A model generated the notes under the pieces. That model was not told where the DNA came from. It did no database searches and worked only from the letters and a program-made list of their open reading frames with translations. DNA of 64,000 bases from Desulfuromonadales bacterium (GTDB lineage: Bacteria; Desulfobacterota; Desulfuromonadia; Desulfuromonadales; SZUA-540), in NCBI GenBank assembly GCA_033549025.1, contig JAWSUS010000008.1, positions 1 through 64,000 on the forward strand. The letters run 5' to 3'. Shown here piece after piece: positions 23,933-33,769 of this stretch; the stretch's first letter is position 1, and each line of letters opens with the position of its first letter. The translations under genes and the position numbers were made by a program.

Positions 23933-25510
23933 TCATGCCTCTCCCCCCTCCAGATCGGCCACGATGGCATCAATGGCGGTTCGTAACTCCATCTGTCGCG
24001 CCACAATACGGGCGATCTCGGCATTCAGCGTTTTGATGTCCACCGCTTCGCGGTTGTCTTCCTGCTCCACATAGCTTGAGACGGCGATGTTGTAGCCGTT
24101 TTCGGCAATCTCGCTGTTCTCCACCAGCCGTGCGAAGTAGTCGATGCTCTTGCGTTCGATATAGGCATCCAGAATTTTCTGCTGGTGATCCTTGGTCAGC
24201 TTGTTCTTGGTGCCGCTGCGGGTGAATTCGCTGGATGCGTTGATGAACAGGGTGGCGTTGTCGTGTTTAGATTTTTTCAGCACCACGATGCAGGTGGCGA
24301 TGGTGGTGCCGAAGAAGAGATCCGGCGGCAGCTGGATAACCGTATCGATGTAGTTGTTGTCGATCAGGTACTGGCGGATCTTTTGTTCCGCGCCGCCGCG
24401 ATAGAGCACGCCGGGAAATTCGACGATGGCCGCCGTGCCATTCACCGCCAGCCAGGAGAGGATGTGCAGGGTAAAGGCGAGGTCGGCCTTGCTCTTGGGG
24501 GCGAGCACACCCGCCGGGGCGTAGCGCGGGTCGTTAATGAGCAAGGGGTTGGTGTCGCCATCCCATTTGATCGAGTAGGGTGGATTAGAGACGATGGCCT
24601 CGAAGGGCTCATCGTCCCAGTGCGCGGGGTCGGTGAGCGTGTCGCCGTGGGCAATGTCGAACTTCTCGAAGTTCACGTCGTGCAAAAACATGTTGATCCG
24701 GCACAGGTTGTAGGTAGTCAGGTTAATCTCCTGACCGAAGAAGCCCTGACGTACATTATCCTGCCCCAGCACCTTGGCGAATTTGAGCAGCAGCGAGCCG
24801 GAGCCGCAGGCCGGGTCGTACACCTTGTTAACCTCACTCTTGCCGACCACGGTGATGCGGGCCAGGAGTTCGGAGACCTCCTGCGGGGTGTAAAACTCAC
24901 CCCCGGATTTTCCAGCGGTGGAGGCATACATCTGCATCAGGTATTCATAGGCGTCGCCGAACAGGTCGATGGTGTTGTGCGAAAATCCGCCACCATTGCT
25001 CAAGGGCAGGTCGCCGATGGCATCGAGCAGCTTCACCAGCTTTTCATTGCGCTTGGCCACCGTGGGGCCGAGCTTGCTGCTGTTGACGTCCAGATCGTCG
25101 AACAAGCCTTTGATGTCGTTTTCGCTGTCGCTGCCTGTGGCCGAACCTTCGATGGCGGTAAAGACGCGGCTTAAGGTTTCGTTGAGGTTGGCATCATGGC
25201 GGGCCTGCTGGCGCACATTGGCGAATAGGTGCGAGGGCAGGACGTAAAAGCCCTTTTCCTTCACCGTCTCGTCGCGGCCGAATTCGGCATCAATATCACC
25301 GAGCGCGGCGTAGTCGAAATCCGGATTGCCCGCCTTGCGTTCCTGTTCATTGAGGTAGCTGGTCAGGTTTTCGGAGATGAAGCGGTAAAACAGCATGCCG
25401 AGCACATAGGTCTTAAAATCCCAGCCGTCCACACTGCCACGCAGATCGTTGGCGATGCGCCAGATGGTTTTGTGGAGTTCCGCGCGTTCGGTTTCCTTGT
25501 GGTTGCTCAT
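23933..25510 (-). CDS. hsdM: Type I R-M methyltransferase subunit M
   Basis: IWRIANDLRGSVDGWDFK, GEFYTPQEVS, YDPACGSGSLL and NPPY motifs. Confidence 0.97.
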   Translation of the reverse strand: MSNHKETERAELHKTIWRIANDLRGSVDGWDFKTYVLGMLFYRFISENLTSYLNEQERKAGNPDFDYAALGDIDAEFGRDETVKEKGFYVLPSHLFANVRQQARHDANLNETLSRVFTAIEGSATGSDSENDIKGLFDDLDVNSSKLGPTVAKRNEKLVKLLDAIGDLPLSNGGGFSHNTIDLFGDAYEYLMQMYASTAGKSGGEFYTPQEVSELLARITVVGKSEVNKVYDPACGSGSLLLKFAKVLGQDNVRQGFFGQEINLTTYNLCRINMFLHDVNFEKFDIAHGDTLTDPAHWDDEPFEAIVSNPPYSIKWDGDTNPLLINDPRYAPAGVLAPKSKADLAFTLHILSWLAVNGTAAIVEFPGVLYRGGAEQKIRQYLIDNNYIDTVIQLPPDLFFGTTIATCIVVLKKSKHDNATLFINASSEFTRSGTKNKLTKDHQQKILDAYIERKSIDYFARLVENSEIAENGYNIAVSSYVEQEDNREAVDIKTLNAEIARIVARQMELRTAIDAIVADLEGGEA

Positions 25511-25716
25511 TCTGCCTTATCCTGTCTGCTCTTGTCCGCCGCGCCGCCAGCCTTCACCCACTCGTCGACCTCATCTTTCTTGAACTTCCAAAGACGGCCC
25601 ATGCGATGGGCGGGCATCGCATGTTTGTCGATCCAGCGGTAAATGGTGTCACTGCTGACACCGAGGTACTTGCCTATCTCGTCTACTGATAACCAGCGGT
25701 CTTCTATCTCGGCCAT
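25507..25716 (-). CDS. Excisionase-like HTH (HTH_17) DNA-binding protein
   Basis: WLSVDEIGKYLGVSSDTIYRWI...PAHRMGRLWKFKKDEVDEW; ATGA overlap with hsdM. Confidence 0.9.
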   Translation of the reverse strand: MAEIEDRWLSVDEIGKYLGVSSDTIYRWIDKHAMPAHRMGRLWKFKKDEVDEWVKAGGAADKSRQDKAE

Positions 25717-25810
25717 ATCTCCAACTCCTCAAGGGCGATTGGTTTTCTTGCCACGCCAGAGGCGGTAACGGGGACGCTGGTCAGAGCTTCCCCAAGTTAA
25801 AACGTCCTTT

Positions 25811-25839
25811 AATATATTTAGGCAGGGGCCGATTGTCAA
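25811..25839 (-). promoter_or_regulatory. Near-consensus sigma70 promoter for the HTH-hsdM-hsdS-hsdR-mrr operon
   Basis: Minus strand TTGACA (25839-25834), 17-nt spacer, TATATT (25816-25811). Confidence 0.7.
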
Positions 25840-25873
25840 ACGTTTTCGTCCGGATAAGGCCGCAAAGGTCTGC

Positions 25874-26398
25874 TCACGGGCGTAACCACTGGCCGCTGGC
25901 GACTCTCTCCGTGTAAGACGGGCATGGCATCCAGTAAGTCCAGGCGGCAATCGAGGTGCGCCCGCGCAGCACCGCCACCATCACCCGCTGGTACATGCTG
26001 TGCCCGCCGGGCCGAAATCCTTCCAGCCGGTCGATGGGCGGCAGGTCGCGCTGCGGGTCGGTGAAGGTCACCAGCTCTCCATGGATCAGATCCCAATCTC
26101 CGGTCGGGCGGCCGAAGCGCGGTGTGCCGATCTTCTGCTGCCTGCGGGCGTCGGCCAGTGGATCGGCGGTGCCCCTGGCCAGGATCAGACCTTCGGGCAC
26201 CTCGATGGCCGGGAACCCGGCATGAAGGTGATAGAGCCTGCCCCAGACTACGGCTGGTTCGATGCTGCGGGCCTGGGCGCAGAAACGTTGATGGTTCCAG
26301 TAGCCCCGTTTCAGGGTGCCGTAGACGAAGAGTCGGAGGTTGGTCTCGGGACTGTCCTCCGGGTTTGTGTTCAGCTTTACGGTGTCTCCAATGTTCAT
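25874..26398 (-). CDS. Gamma-glutamylcyclotransferase (GGCT/AIG2-like)
   Basis: LFVYGTLKRGYWNH, GFPA, IHGEL and IDRLEG..Y.R motifs. Confidence 0.9.
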   Translation of the reverse strand: MNIGDTVKLNTNPEDSPETNLRLFVYGTLKRGYWNHQRFCAQARSIEPAVVWGRLYHLHAGFPAIEVPEGLILARGTADPLADARRQQKIGTPRFGRPTGDWDLIHGELVTFTDPQRDLPPIDRLEGFRPGGHSMYQRVMVAVLRGRTSIAAWTYWMPCPSYTERVASGQWLRP

Positions 26399-27192
26399 GC
26401 ATTCACTCCTTCGGGCAGTGTCCCTTTGCGCTCCTGGGGTATAAAGCGGAATTCGCTGTTGCTGATGGCCCGCACATCCTCATGGCGGATGGTAAGCATG
26501 GTCATGGGCGGCACCTCCAGTTCGCGCCAGCCCTTCTCGTTGTCCACGGCAAAGTCGATGAAGGCGGCCTCCGAGGCGTAGAGCACCACCCGGTGCTGGC
26601 GGTGGATGCGCAAGCAGAGCGGCTTGTTGCCCTTGAGCACGGTGATGGTGCCGGGGTCGAGCCGCGAGGCCAGCACGGCGCTCATCTGGCCGCGACAGAG
26701 GGCGAGCGCTTTTTTCAGCCCCTCCTGATCGATGGGGCCTTCGGGCGCGAAGCGGTGGGCCAGGCGGAAGATCAGCTCACTGTCCACCTCGGCGTAGCGC
26801 GGTAGCCCGAGGCGGCGGAACAGGTGGTCGGCGTTGTAGATGGTGCCGTTGTGGGTGCCGATGACGATCCCGGCCCGGATGGGATGGTTGTTGCGGTTGT
26901 TGAACTCGTTGCCCCGGGTGCGCCAGCGGGTATGCCCCATGAGAACGGTGGTCTCGTTGTCGACCTGCCCGAGCAGCTCCTGGAACGGTTTTTCGTACAC
27001 CAGCTCGTGCGCCCGCATCGGCCGCTTGAAAATCCGGTGGCTGCCGTCGGTCTTGAGCCAGGCCAGACCGGAGGCGTGCGGGCCGCGCTCCTCGCTGTGC
27101 AGCAGCATGCGGATGAAGAGCTCGCACAGGTAATCCCGCTCGTCGGGCCTCCTGCGCTTGCGGCCGAAGATGATGCCTACTTGTCCGCACAT
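26395..27192 (-). CDS. Class II (Ntn) glutamine amidotransferase
   Basis: N-terminal MCG, RGPHASG, GHTRWRTRG, NNHP, HNGTIYN and VDSE motifs; ATG at 27192. Confidence 0.92.
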   Translation of the reverse strand: MCGQVGIIFGRKRRRPDERDYLCELFIRMLLHSEERGPHASGLAWLKTDGSHRIFKRPMRAHELVYEKPFQELLGQVDNETTVLMGHTRWRTRGNEFNNRNNHPIRAGIVIGTHNGTIYNADHLFRRLGLPRYAEVDSELIFRLAHRFAPEGPIDQEGLKKALALCRGQMSAVLASRLDPGTITVLKGNKPLCLRIHRQHRVVLYASEAAFIDFAVDNEKGWRELEVPPMTMLTIRHEDVRAISNSEFRFIPQERKGTLPEGVNA

Positions 27193-27698
27193 GGAGCCGG
27201 GTCCTCCTTGCCGCCGAAGTTCTTGCCGAGCGGTCTCGTCCCCTCGAGGACGAAGGCCGCGTATTCGCGCCGGTGGTCGGCCAGCCACTCGGCCACCTCC
27301 GGGTAGCCCATCTCGGCGATCAGCCGGGTCACCTCCGGGTGATCGAGCATGTTGGTGCGCCCGGAGAGCCGCACCGTCTCCAGGGCTTCGAGGAAGCGTT
27401 CCGGCCAGGGATCGCTGGCCTTGTCGTCAGGCAGGAACTCGATCAGGCCGTGCCGCGCCAGACGGGTCAGAAACTCGGCGGCCGCAGCGGCGGCATCCTC
27501 CGGCAATGGCTGGGTCGGCCCGCCTTCGATGCCTGAGAGCACCTCGGTCATGTAGTCCCGGGGTGCTCGGCTGGCGGTAAATGGCGTCTGGCCGCGCATC
27601 AGCTCGACAACTTCGAGGCAGTCGGCGGCCTGCAGGGTTTCCCCGCTGCCAGGGATCGGATCGCCGTCCAGCGTGGTGGAACGGAGCAGGATTTTCAT
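27177..27698 (-). CDS. Hypothetical protein with C-terminal DUF5049-like domain
   Basis: LETVRLSGRTNMLD...V......GYPEVAEWL..HRREYAAFVLEG. Confidence 0.65.
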   Translation of the reverse strand: MKILLRSTTLDGDPIPGSGETLQAADCLEVVELMRGQTPFTASRAPRDYMTEVLSGIEGGPTQPLPEDAAAAAAEFLTRLARHGLIEFLPDDKASDPWPERFLEALETVRLSGRTNMLDHPEVTRLIAEMGYPEVAEWLADHRREYAAFVLEGTRPLGKNFGGKEDPAPCADK

Positions 27699-27709
27699 TG
27701 GGCACCTCC

Positions 27710-28669
27710 TTAAACAGTGAGGCCGGGAACTTGCCCGGCCTCGTTGGTGAGAGTGGTGGTTGTTTCGTCCGGAAGGACGTCCTCCAGTTTGGGGCGTCCG
27801 TTCTTGAAGGCGGCATCGCCGGGCATGTTGGCCATCAGATGCTTGCGGGCGGTCTTGAACTCGTCGCCGATCAGGCCGAGGTGGAGCAGGAATACCCGGA
27901 AGTCGTACTTGGCGCTCTGGGGATCGAAGTCCCGCTTGCGGCTGGAGGCTGCCCGGCCGTTGAGCGCCTTGGCGGCGACGGCGAGGCAGAATTGCAGGTA
28001 AGCCTTGATCCGCCCCGCGTGGAGGGTCGCCTCGAACCAGCGGAACTCCACCGTGCCCCGGTACCAGACGTTGTGCAGGTTGACCCCGTGGTAGCGGCTG
28101 TTGTCGTAATGCTGGGGCTGGCGGTTGTGGTAGCCGTACCAGATGCGGTTGAGCTGGTCCTTGGTGCGGGGGCGATGCTGTTCGATGCGCTGGATCAGCT
28201 CGTCGCTGACTGGCCGGGTGTAACGGTTGAGCCGGTCGCGGCTGATGCCGAGGGCGTGGAGGATCAGCGGCTCCTGCTTGTAGACGATTTTGGCCAGGTT
28301 ACCCAGGTGCCTGCCGTCGAAGGGCGCGGCGTCGATATGGATGTGGATGCCGCACTGGCTGTTGATCTTGCCACCGGCGCGGCGGATGGCCCGGACCACC
28401 TCCTGCAGTTGCGGGATGTCGTCGTAGCCGAGCACCGGGCTGACCACCTCGGCCCGCAGATGGGCCGGGACGCTGGTCAGGGAGGCGTCCCCCACCACCT
28501 TCCAGACGCGGCCGCGCAGGTCCTCGACCTCCCAGGGGTCGTAGTTGCTGGGGATGCCGACATGGCGGACCGTGCCGCCCACCACCGAGTGGATGGCCCA
28601 GGCGATCTGTTCCCGGGTGCGTTTTACGGTCTCGATCTCGATGCCGTACTGGATCTCATTCAGGTTCAT
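27710..28669 (-). CDS. Amidoligase family (COOH-NH2 ligase type 2) protein
   Basis: [48 protein letters not shown] and [19 protein letters not shown] motifs. Confidence 0.92.
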   Translation of the reverse strand: MNLNEIQYGIEIETVKRTREQIAWAIHSVVGGTVRHVGIPSNYDPWEVEDLRGRVWKVVGDASLTSVPAHLRAEVVSPVLGYDDIPQLQEVVRAIRRAGGKINSQCGIHIHIDAAPFDGRHLGNLAKIVYKQEPLILHALGISRDRLNRYTRPVSDELIQRIEQHRPRTKDQLNRIWYGYHNRQPQHYDNSRYHGVNLHNVWYRGTVEFRWFEATLHAGRIKAYLQFCLAVAAKALNGRAASSRKRDFDPQSAKYDFRVFLLHLGLIGDEFKTARKHLMANMPGDAAFKNGRPKLEDVLPDETTTTLTNEAGQVPGLTV

Positions 28670-28856
28670 GCGTGCCTCCGTCGTTCATGGCGCTTCTAAA
28701 TCGTTGTCTGGCAAGGCTTTTCAGCCTCTGCTTACACCATGAATGAATGCTTCTTTCCGGACACAAATCAAGTAGAAGAACAGCCGAAGCCGACATTTAA
28801 CACGTTTATTTTCAATGACTTGCAATTCGAGCCGGTCCTCATGACGCAAGGACGGG

Positions 28857-28892
28857 AAAACCCCGGACAGGGCTTGCCGTATCCGGGGTTTT
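28857..28892. terminator. Terminator ending the tail operon
   Basis: AAAACCCCGGA-cagggcttgccgta-TCCGGGGTTTT inverted repeat. Confidence 0.75.
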
Positions 28893-28919
28893 GTTGGAGT
28901 GGTAAACGGTTGAACCGGT

Positions 28920-29183
28920 TCAGCCGAGGGCGGTTTCTCCGGTAATCAGGCTGGTGTGCAATTCCAGATTGCGCGACTCATCGGCCCGCATCCGCGTCAG
29001 CAGCGCCACGAAGGCCTTCGCTTCGTCGGGTGGCAGACCCGAAGCCCGCTCCAACTGCGCCAGGCGCTGGTGCAGATTCTCCAGCAGGCCCAGGGCGTGG
29101 TCGCGGATCAGCCCGTCGCGTTTCTCCTGCGGCGAGGGAATGAACTCGGTCAGGCCACCTGTGCGTCGAACGATCATAGCCAT
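28920..29183 (-). CDS. Hypothetical phage protein
   Basis: 87-aa ORF with AGGAGG RBS; last gene of the tail operon. Confidence 0.7.
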   Translation of the reverse strand: MAMIVRRTGGLTEFIPSPQEKRDGLIRDHALGLLENLHQRLAQLERASGLPPDEAKAFVALLTRMRADESRNLELHTSLITGETALG

Positions 29184-29189
29184 GCCTCC

Positions 29190-32100
29190 TTAGCTCAGGG
29201 TTGCGCCCAGCGAATGGATGCGCGGGTAGATCAGCGGCGTGCCGGTCATCTCGGCCTTGTAGCGGACCTTGTTGCCGGTGTTATCAGCGAAGGTGCGTAC
29301 CAGGGTGTACTCGGTCCAGTTCTCGTCGATGGGCCGGGTGTCCTGGATGGTCATCGCTTCCCAGGTCAGGCCGCCGTCGTTGCTGGCGAACCACTGCAGG
29401 GTGGTGCCGCTGGGGATTTGCATTTGCACATAGGCCTTGGTCGATTCCACCCCCTGGGTCAGTTCGTTCTCGCGGCTCAAATAGGCCCCGATAGGCTTGT
29501 TCAGGTAGCCCACCAGGTTGACATCGCGGAAGTTAATAGCCGGGGTGTCGTTGGAGAGCGAGCTGCTCAGACGCACGCGGACCTGAACCCGGGTGGCCAG
29601 ATTGGGCAGCCGTTCCTCCTCGGCGGGAACCAGAGCATCCCAGGTCACGCCGCCGTCGGTGGAGTATTCCCAATCGAGGGCGGTGCTCTGGGGGATGGCG
29701 GAGTATTCGTCGAGGTTGAGGTCGGAGAACTGCACGCCGGTAATCGGCTGGAAGCGGATCATCCCCTCGGACTGGAAGTTGTAACCGTAGATCTTGATCG
29801 CCAGGTCGGAGCCGTTGAGCGGCGTCCAGGTCTCGGCGTTGGAGCTCTCCAGCAGCACGCCCTCCATGTAGGTCTGTCGCGTGATGATGCCCCAACGGCC
29901 CATTTTGCCGAGGGTGGCGGTGCGGACCTTGTAATTGGTACTGTTGGTCAGCAGCACCACCGCATAGCTGCTGTTGGCTTCGGCATAGAACGGGTCGTTG
30001 AAGCGAATCCGGGTTTCGCCAATCAGGCTGATCTCACTGGGAGCCAGCACCTTTTCAGCAAAGACCACACCATTGGGCAGACCGGTAGTGACGCCCCGAA
30101 TCTGAACCGTGACCGGAATGGACGGGTCTTTGGCGGTGAAATTGAGTCCGACACTGGTGACCACTTGGTTCTGGGTAAAGCTGAAGGTCTGGGCCAGTGG
30201 ATCGCGAGGCACGAAGATAGTCTGGGTGCGCCAGACCACCTGCACCACAGGCACGCGGATAATGCGGTTCTCGATGATGCGCTCGATGCGGGTGATAACC
30301 AGCGGATCGTTGATCTGCAGGCTGGTCCGAGCCGAGTAAACGCCGTCGTTCATCTCCACGATCCGGTTGCCGTTGCGGGCGCTCTCCGGGATGGTGAAGG
30401 AGGCGCTGACCCGACCGGCTTCGTCGCTGATCAGATTGCTGGCCATTACCTGGCCGTCGCAGCGCAGCACGATGCCGGACTTGCTCGGGGTGAAGTTGAT
30501 GCCGGTGACGGCAATGCCGGTCTGGCCGCGCCGCCCAAGGTTGGGCGTGCTCTGCAACATGGCCGGGGGCTTGTCGAACACCGCATAGGGATTGATGTTG
30601 CGTTCTTCGGACCAGTCGTTTTGTTCCACCAGCACGGTCTCATTGCCCGGCAACAGCGCCAGGCTGCCGAAGAAACTCGCATTGCTGCCCGCCTGATCGA
30701 CCGAGAGCACGGTGGAGTGCGGAACACGATCCGGCGCGACGAAGCGGGCGATCTCGTTGACCCGGGCGTCCCACTCGGCGTGGTAGATATCCGACTGGGC
30801 GGTGTTCGAGAAGTCGTCCGAGTAGATGCCTTTCTTGGTCTGGGCGTCGCGATTCTGCAGCTCGTTGTTCATCTGGTACTGGGCGTCGTTGTACTTCAAA
30901 TCTTCGACGTCCTGAATGATGTCGTGGATCTGGTCCATGGTGATGCGGGTCAGACCGAAGTTGCGGATCTGCATGTCGGTGGAGTTGGGCGGGCAATCGA
31001 TGCTGCACAGCCCCAGGGCGTTTTCCGGCACGATGGGCAGCTTAGGAAAATCCGCCGGAGCGCCTTCGAGCCGCTTGATCTCGGTGGTGGTGGCGTAAAC
31101 GATGTCACGGCGGCCGAGGTAATAGTCGTAATCCAGGCTGCAGTTGGAGCCGTTCACTGGCTGGTCGCCGAGGCTGCCGCGCCCGAAGTTGATCACGTTG
31201 AGATTGCCCAGCTCGAGCTGAACCGGCGACATGGTGAGCCCGGCCGTGTTGGTGGCCGGTGGCGAAGCGGCGGTGGTCTCCTCCACGCCGTCGTCGACGT
31301 AGGAAATCGCCTCGCTGCCCAACTCCATCAGGCGCTTGTAGTCGGTGCGTGCGCCGTTGGCGGCGGCCCGATAGACACGGTAACCGGTTGCGCCGCTGAC
31401 CGGCAGCCAGGAGAGTTTGTTGAGTTCCCCGGCGGCGGTGGCCCGGGCGATCACTGCCCCGGCGTTGAAAGCTGTTTCGCCCGTAGCATTGTAGGCGGTC
31501 ACCAGATAGAAATAATTTCCGGCCGCCGGATGATTAGGTTGACCGAACCAGCCGCTGTCCGCGTAATCGGTGCCTTTGAGCATCTGCTTGGTGTAGGTCC
31601 AGCGCACCGTGTAGGTGGTGCCGATGGCCGGTTCGTTGCCGGTGCCGAGCCAGTCCACATGATTGCCCGACTGCTGCCAGTCCACCCCTTCCTGGAAAAT
31701 GGACGCCCCCTGACTGACCTCAAGAATGTCCACTACCGGATTGGGATCAAGCAGATCCTCACCGCCGCCGACCGAGCCGCGAGTGACGTTGCGGGTGATC
31801 TCGACGATAGCCTCCACCTGGGTCGTCTCCTTGAGCGGCGTGGAGTTGACCGGGTAACGGCGCTTGTTGATGTCGAAGGTCTTCTGCTCGCCGCGCACCG
31901 ATTTGGTGGCAACCGATTTGGGCACCTGGGTCGAGGTGGGCAGGTCGCGCTGATGCCTGAAGCCCTGGATGTAGGCCCGTCCTGCGTTGGTGATTGCCTC
32001 GATGCTATCGTCGTCGGTGCCGCCGATGAAGGTGTCGAAACCTTTCACCAGGTAGCTTCCGGCCTGGTCGAAGGTTCGTTCGGCCAGGTTCTGGATCAGC

Positions 32101-32738
32101 GAATTGAGGCCCTCGGCGGCGGCGAAGGAGAGCTGGTCTTCCGTAATCGAAGAAACCGTGATCCGGCTGCCGGGGAGCGTGCCCAACAGATCCCGCAGGT
32201 AGAGATTGGACTTTTCTTGCACCGTTGGGGTGACATCGCCAGTCTCGCGGTCGAATTTATAGATGGGGATGACTCGGCGCTCGGTGACGTTATTAGGCAG
32301 CGTCTGAGCACTGGTATCCACAGCCTTGAGCGACAGAACCCATTTTTCCCGTTCAGCGGTCGGTTCGCCGGTAGCCGGGTTGATCAGGCTGGGGTCCTGG
32401 GTGTAACCGTAACTGTATTTCAGCAGTTCGACATAGACGTATTCCGCCCCACCGGTGGTGGCCGGGTCATAGGTCAGCGTTGCGCCATTCACCTGTTCGA
32501 TATGGCCGTCGATGTAGACCACGCCGGGAGCCAGGTTCAGGACGTTGGCGGCCGCGCTCACTTCCAGCCCGGCCAGAATCGAGCCTTCGTTGAACAGGAT
32601 GTCGGCGATCTTACGCCGCTCCTGGTTGATGAGATCCTGCTGCTCGTTGAGTTCGGAATCCAGCAGGTCGCGATCCTGGTGGTAGCGGATGCGCTTGTAG
32701 TTCTTGGTCGGGTCGAATGTCTCGCGTGAGATGCTCAT
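29190..32738 (-). CDS. Large virion structural/baseplate-fibre protein (DUF4815-like)
   Basis: FDPTKNYKRI...LLDSELNEQQD, LAERTFDQAGSY, GRAYIQG, YYLGRRD, GIYSDDFSN, INPYAVF and DPLAQTF motifs. Confidence 0.75.
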   Translation of the reverse strand: MSISRETFDPTKNYKRIRYHQDRDLLDSELNEQQDLINQERRKIADILFNEGSILAGLEVSAAANVLNLAPGVVYIDGHIEQVNGATLTYDPATTGGAEYVYVELLKYSYGYTQDPSLINPATGEPTAEREKWVLSLKAVDTSAQTLPNNVTERRVIPIYKFDRETGDVTPTVQEKSNLYLRDLLGTLPGSRITVSSITEDQLSFAAAEGLNSLIQNLAERTFDQAGSYLVKGFDTFIGGTDDDSIEAITNAGRAYIQGFRHQRDLPTSTQVPKSVATKSVRGEQKTFDINKRRYPVNSTPLKETTQVEAIVEITRNVTRGSVGGGEDLLDPNPVVDILEVSQGASIFQEGVDWQQSGNHVDWLGTGNEPAIGTTYTVRWTYTKQMLKGTDYADSGWFGQPNHPAAGNYFYLVTAYNATGETAFNAGAVIARATAAGELNKLSWLPVSGATGYRVYRAAANGARTDYKRLMELGSEAISYVDDGVEETTAASPPATNTAGLTMSPVQLELGNLNVINFGRGSLGDQPVNGSNCSLDYDYYLGRRDIVYATTTEIKRLEGAPADFPKLPIVPENALGLCSIDCPPNSTDMQIRNFGLTRITMDQIHDIIQDVEDLKYNDAQYQMNNELQNRDAQTKKGIYSDDFSNTAQSDIYHAEWDARVNEIARFVAPDRVPHSTVLSVDQAGSNASFFGSLALLPGNETVLVEQNDWSEERNINPYAVFDKPPAMLQSTPNLGRRGQTGIAVTGINFTPSKSGIVLRCDGQVMASNLISDEAGRVSASFTIPESARNGNRIVEMNDGVYSARTSLQINDPLVITRIERIIENRIIRVPVVQVVWRTQTIFVPRDPLAQTFSFTQNQVVTSVGLNFTAKDPSIPVTVQIRGVTTGLPNGVVFAEKVLAPSEISLIGETRIRFNDPFYAEANSSYAVVLLTNSTNYKVRTATLGKMGRWGIITRQTYMEGVLLESSNAETWTPLNGSDLAIKIYGYNFQSEGMIRFQPITGVQFSDLNLDEYSAIPQSTALDWEYSTDGGVTWDALVPAEEERLPNLATRVQVRVRLSSSLSNDTPAINFRDVNLVGYLNKPIGAYLSRENELTQGVESTKAYVQMQIPSGTTLQWFASNDGGLTWEAMTIQDTRPIDENWTEYTLVRTFADNTGNKVRYKAEMTGTPLIYPRIHSLGATLS

Positions 32739-32753
32739 GATTGAATCCTCCAG

Positions 32754-33287
32754 TTAGATCTTGATGATCCCGACCAGCTCCACGCGGGTGTCGGAAATCT
32801 TGTTGAAGTCGGGAATGTTCTTCACCTCGTAGAGGTAACCGGGATGCTGCACTTCCCCGGTCGGATTGGTGTCCTGATGGAAGACGCCGCTCATGGCGAG
32901 ATCCCCGGTGGTGCTGGCCACGTACTGCACGTCGCCACCGAAGAAGCCGTATTCGCGGATGGTGATGCCGTTGGCCTCGGCCTCGTCGAAGCGAAAGAAG
33001 ATGCCGATGGTGTTGGTCTCCTCACCGGTTTCGAGGTAACGCACGCCGTTGACCAGCAGCGCCCCCTCGCCATCCTCCTTGAGAAAGGTTCGCTTGTAGT
33101 AGCGCTTGCGGGCGCGTTCGTTTCTGAGCCCGGTCTGGCCGATGTCCGGCGCGGGCGGATTTTGCGGGTCGGTGAAGCTGGCATCCCCGTCTCCGATGGC
33201 GCAGTGAGTGATGCCGTCCACGGCCTGGCCGAGGAGGAGTTTGGCCGTCAATATCCGGCCGGTTTTAACGATGAGTCCCAGTGCCAT
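32754..33287 (-). CDS. Phage tail-fibre/baseplate attachment protein
   Basis: IVKTGRILTAKLL...ITHCAIGDG...LRNE..R...FDEAEANGITIREYGFFGG resembles the tail-fibre N-terminal fold. Confidence 0.6.
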   Translation of the reverse strand: MALGLIVKTGRILTAKLLLGQAVDGITHCAIGDGDASFTDPQNPPAPDIGQTGLRNERARKRYYKRTFLKEDGEGALLVNGVRYLETGEETNTIGIFFRFDEAEANGITIREYGFFGGDVQYVASTTGDLAMSGVFHQDTNPTGEVQHPGYLYEVKNIPDFNKISDTRVELVGIIKI

Positions 33288-33298
33288 TGCTGTTCTCC

Positions 33299-33760
33299 TT
33301 AAGTTTGAATTTCGTGGTCTTGATCGATGAGCACCGCGAACAGAATCTGCCGCGTGTCTGCCAGCAGCCCGGCCGGAATCGCGATGCGCTGAACGGTGTC
33401 GGATTGGCTGATATGAACGCCGGACGTCCAGACGCTGGTATCGATGCTTCGCAGCCAGGGGCGCGTCACCCGCACCGCCGCGTCAACATCGACGCCCAGG
33501 CGGCCATGGATGACGAGCCACAGGTCGGTGTTCCGGTTCAGGCGGTTGTGGATGACTTGGCTGGTCCTGATGATCCTTGCGATTTCAGCGAGGACAACCG
33601 CTTGAGCCTGCGCGGCAATTTCAATGGAGCGCTGAACGCGACAGGCGAGATCCATCTCCGCGAAGATCCCGCGCAGGAGCACCTGACGGGTGTCCATTTC
33701 GCTCACCCGTGATCGGGTCACCCTCGCATAAATATCGATGTCTATCGTAATAGCTGCCAT
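33299..33760 (-). CDS. Hypothetical phage tail protein
   Basis: ORF with RBS inside the tail operon; internal D-T-x-x pseudo-repeats. Confidence 0.6.
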   Translation of the reverse strand: MAAITIDIDIYARVTRSRVSEMDTRQVLLRGIFAEMDLACRVQRSIEIAAQAQAVVLAEIARIIRTSQVIHNRLNRNTDLWLVIHGRLGVDVDAAVRVTRPWLRSIDTSVWTSGVHISQSDTVQRIAIPAGLLADTRQILFAVLIDQDHEIQT

Positions 33761-33769
33761 CGGAGCTCC

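Noticed and set aside
28956..32729. 1257-aa plus-strand ORF, and similar long antisense ORFs (4228-5808, 11877-13124, 20737-22155, 46244-47947, 49276-51972, 53834-55753, 55787-58126, 59485-61608)
   Set aside because: Antisense shadows of well-supported genes, expected from GC-rich codon usage; no recognisable motifs
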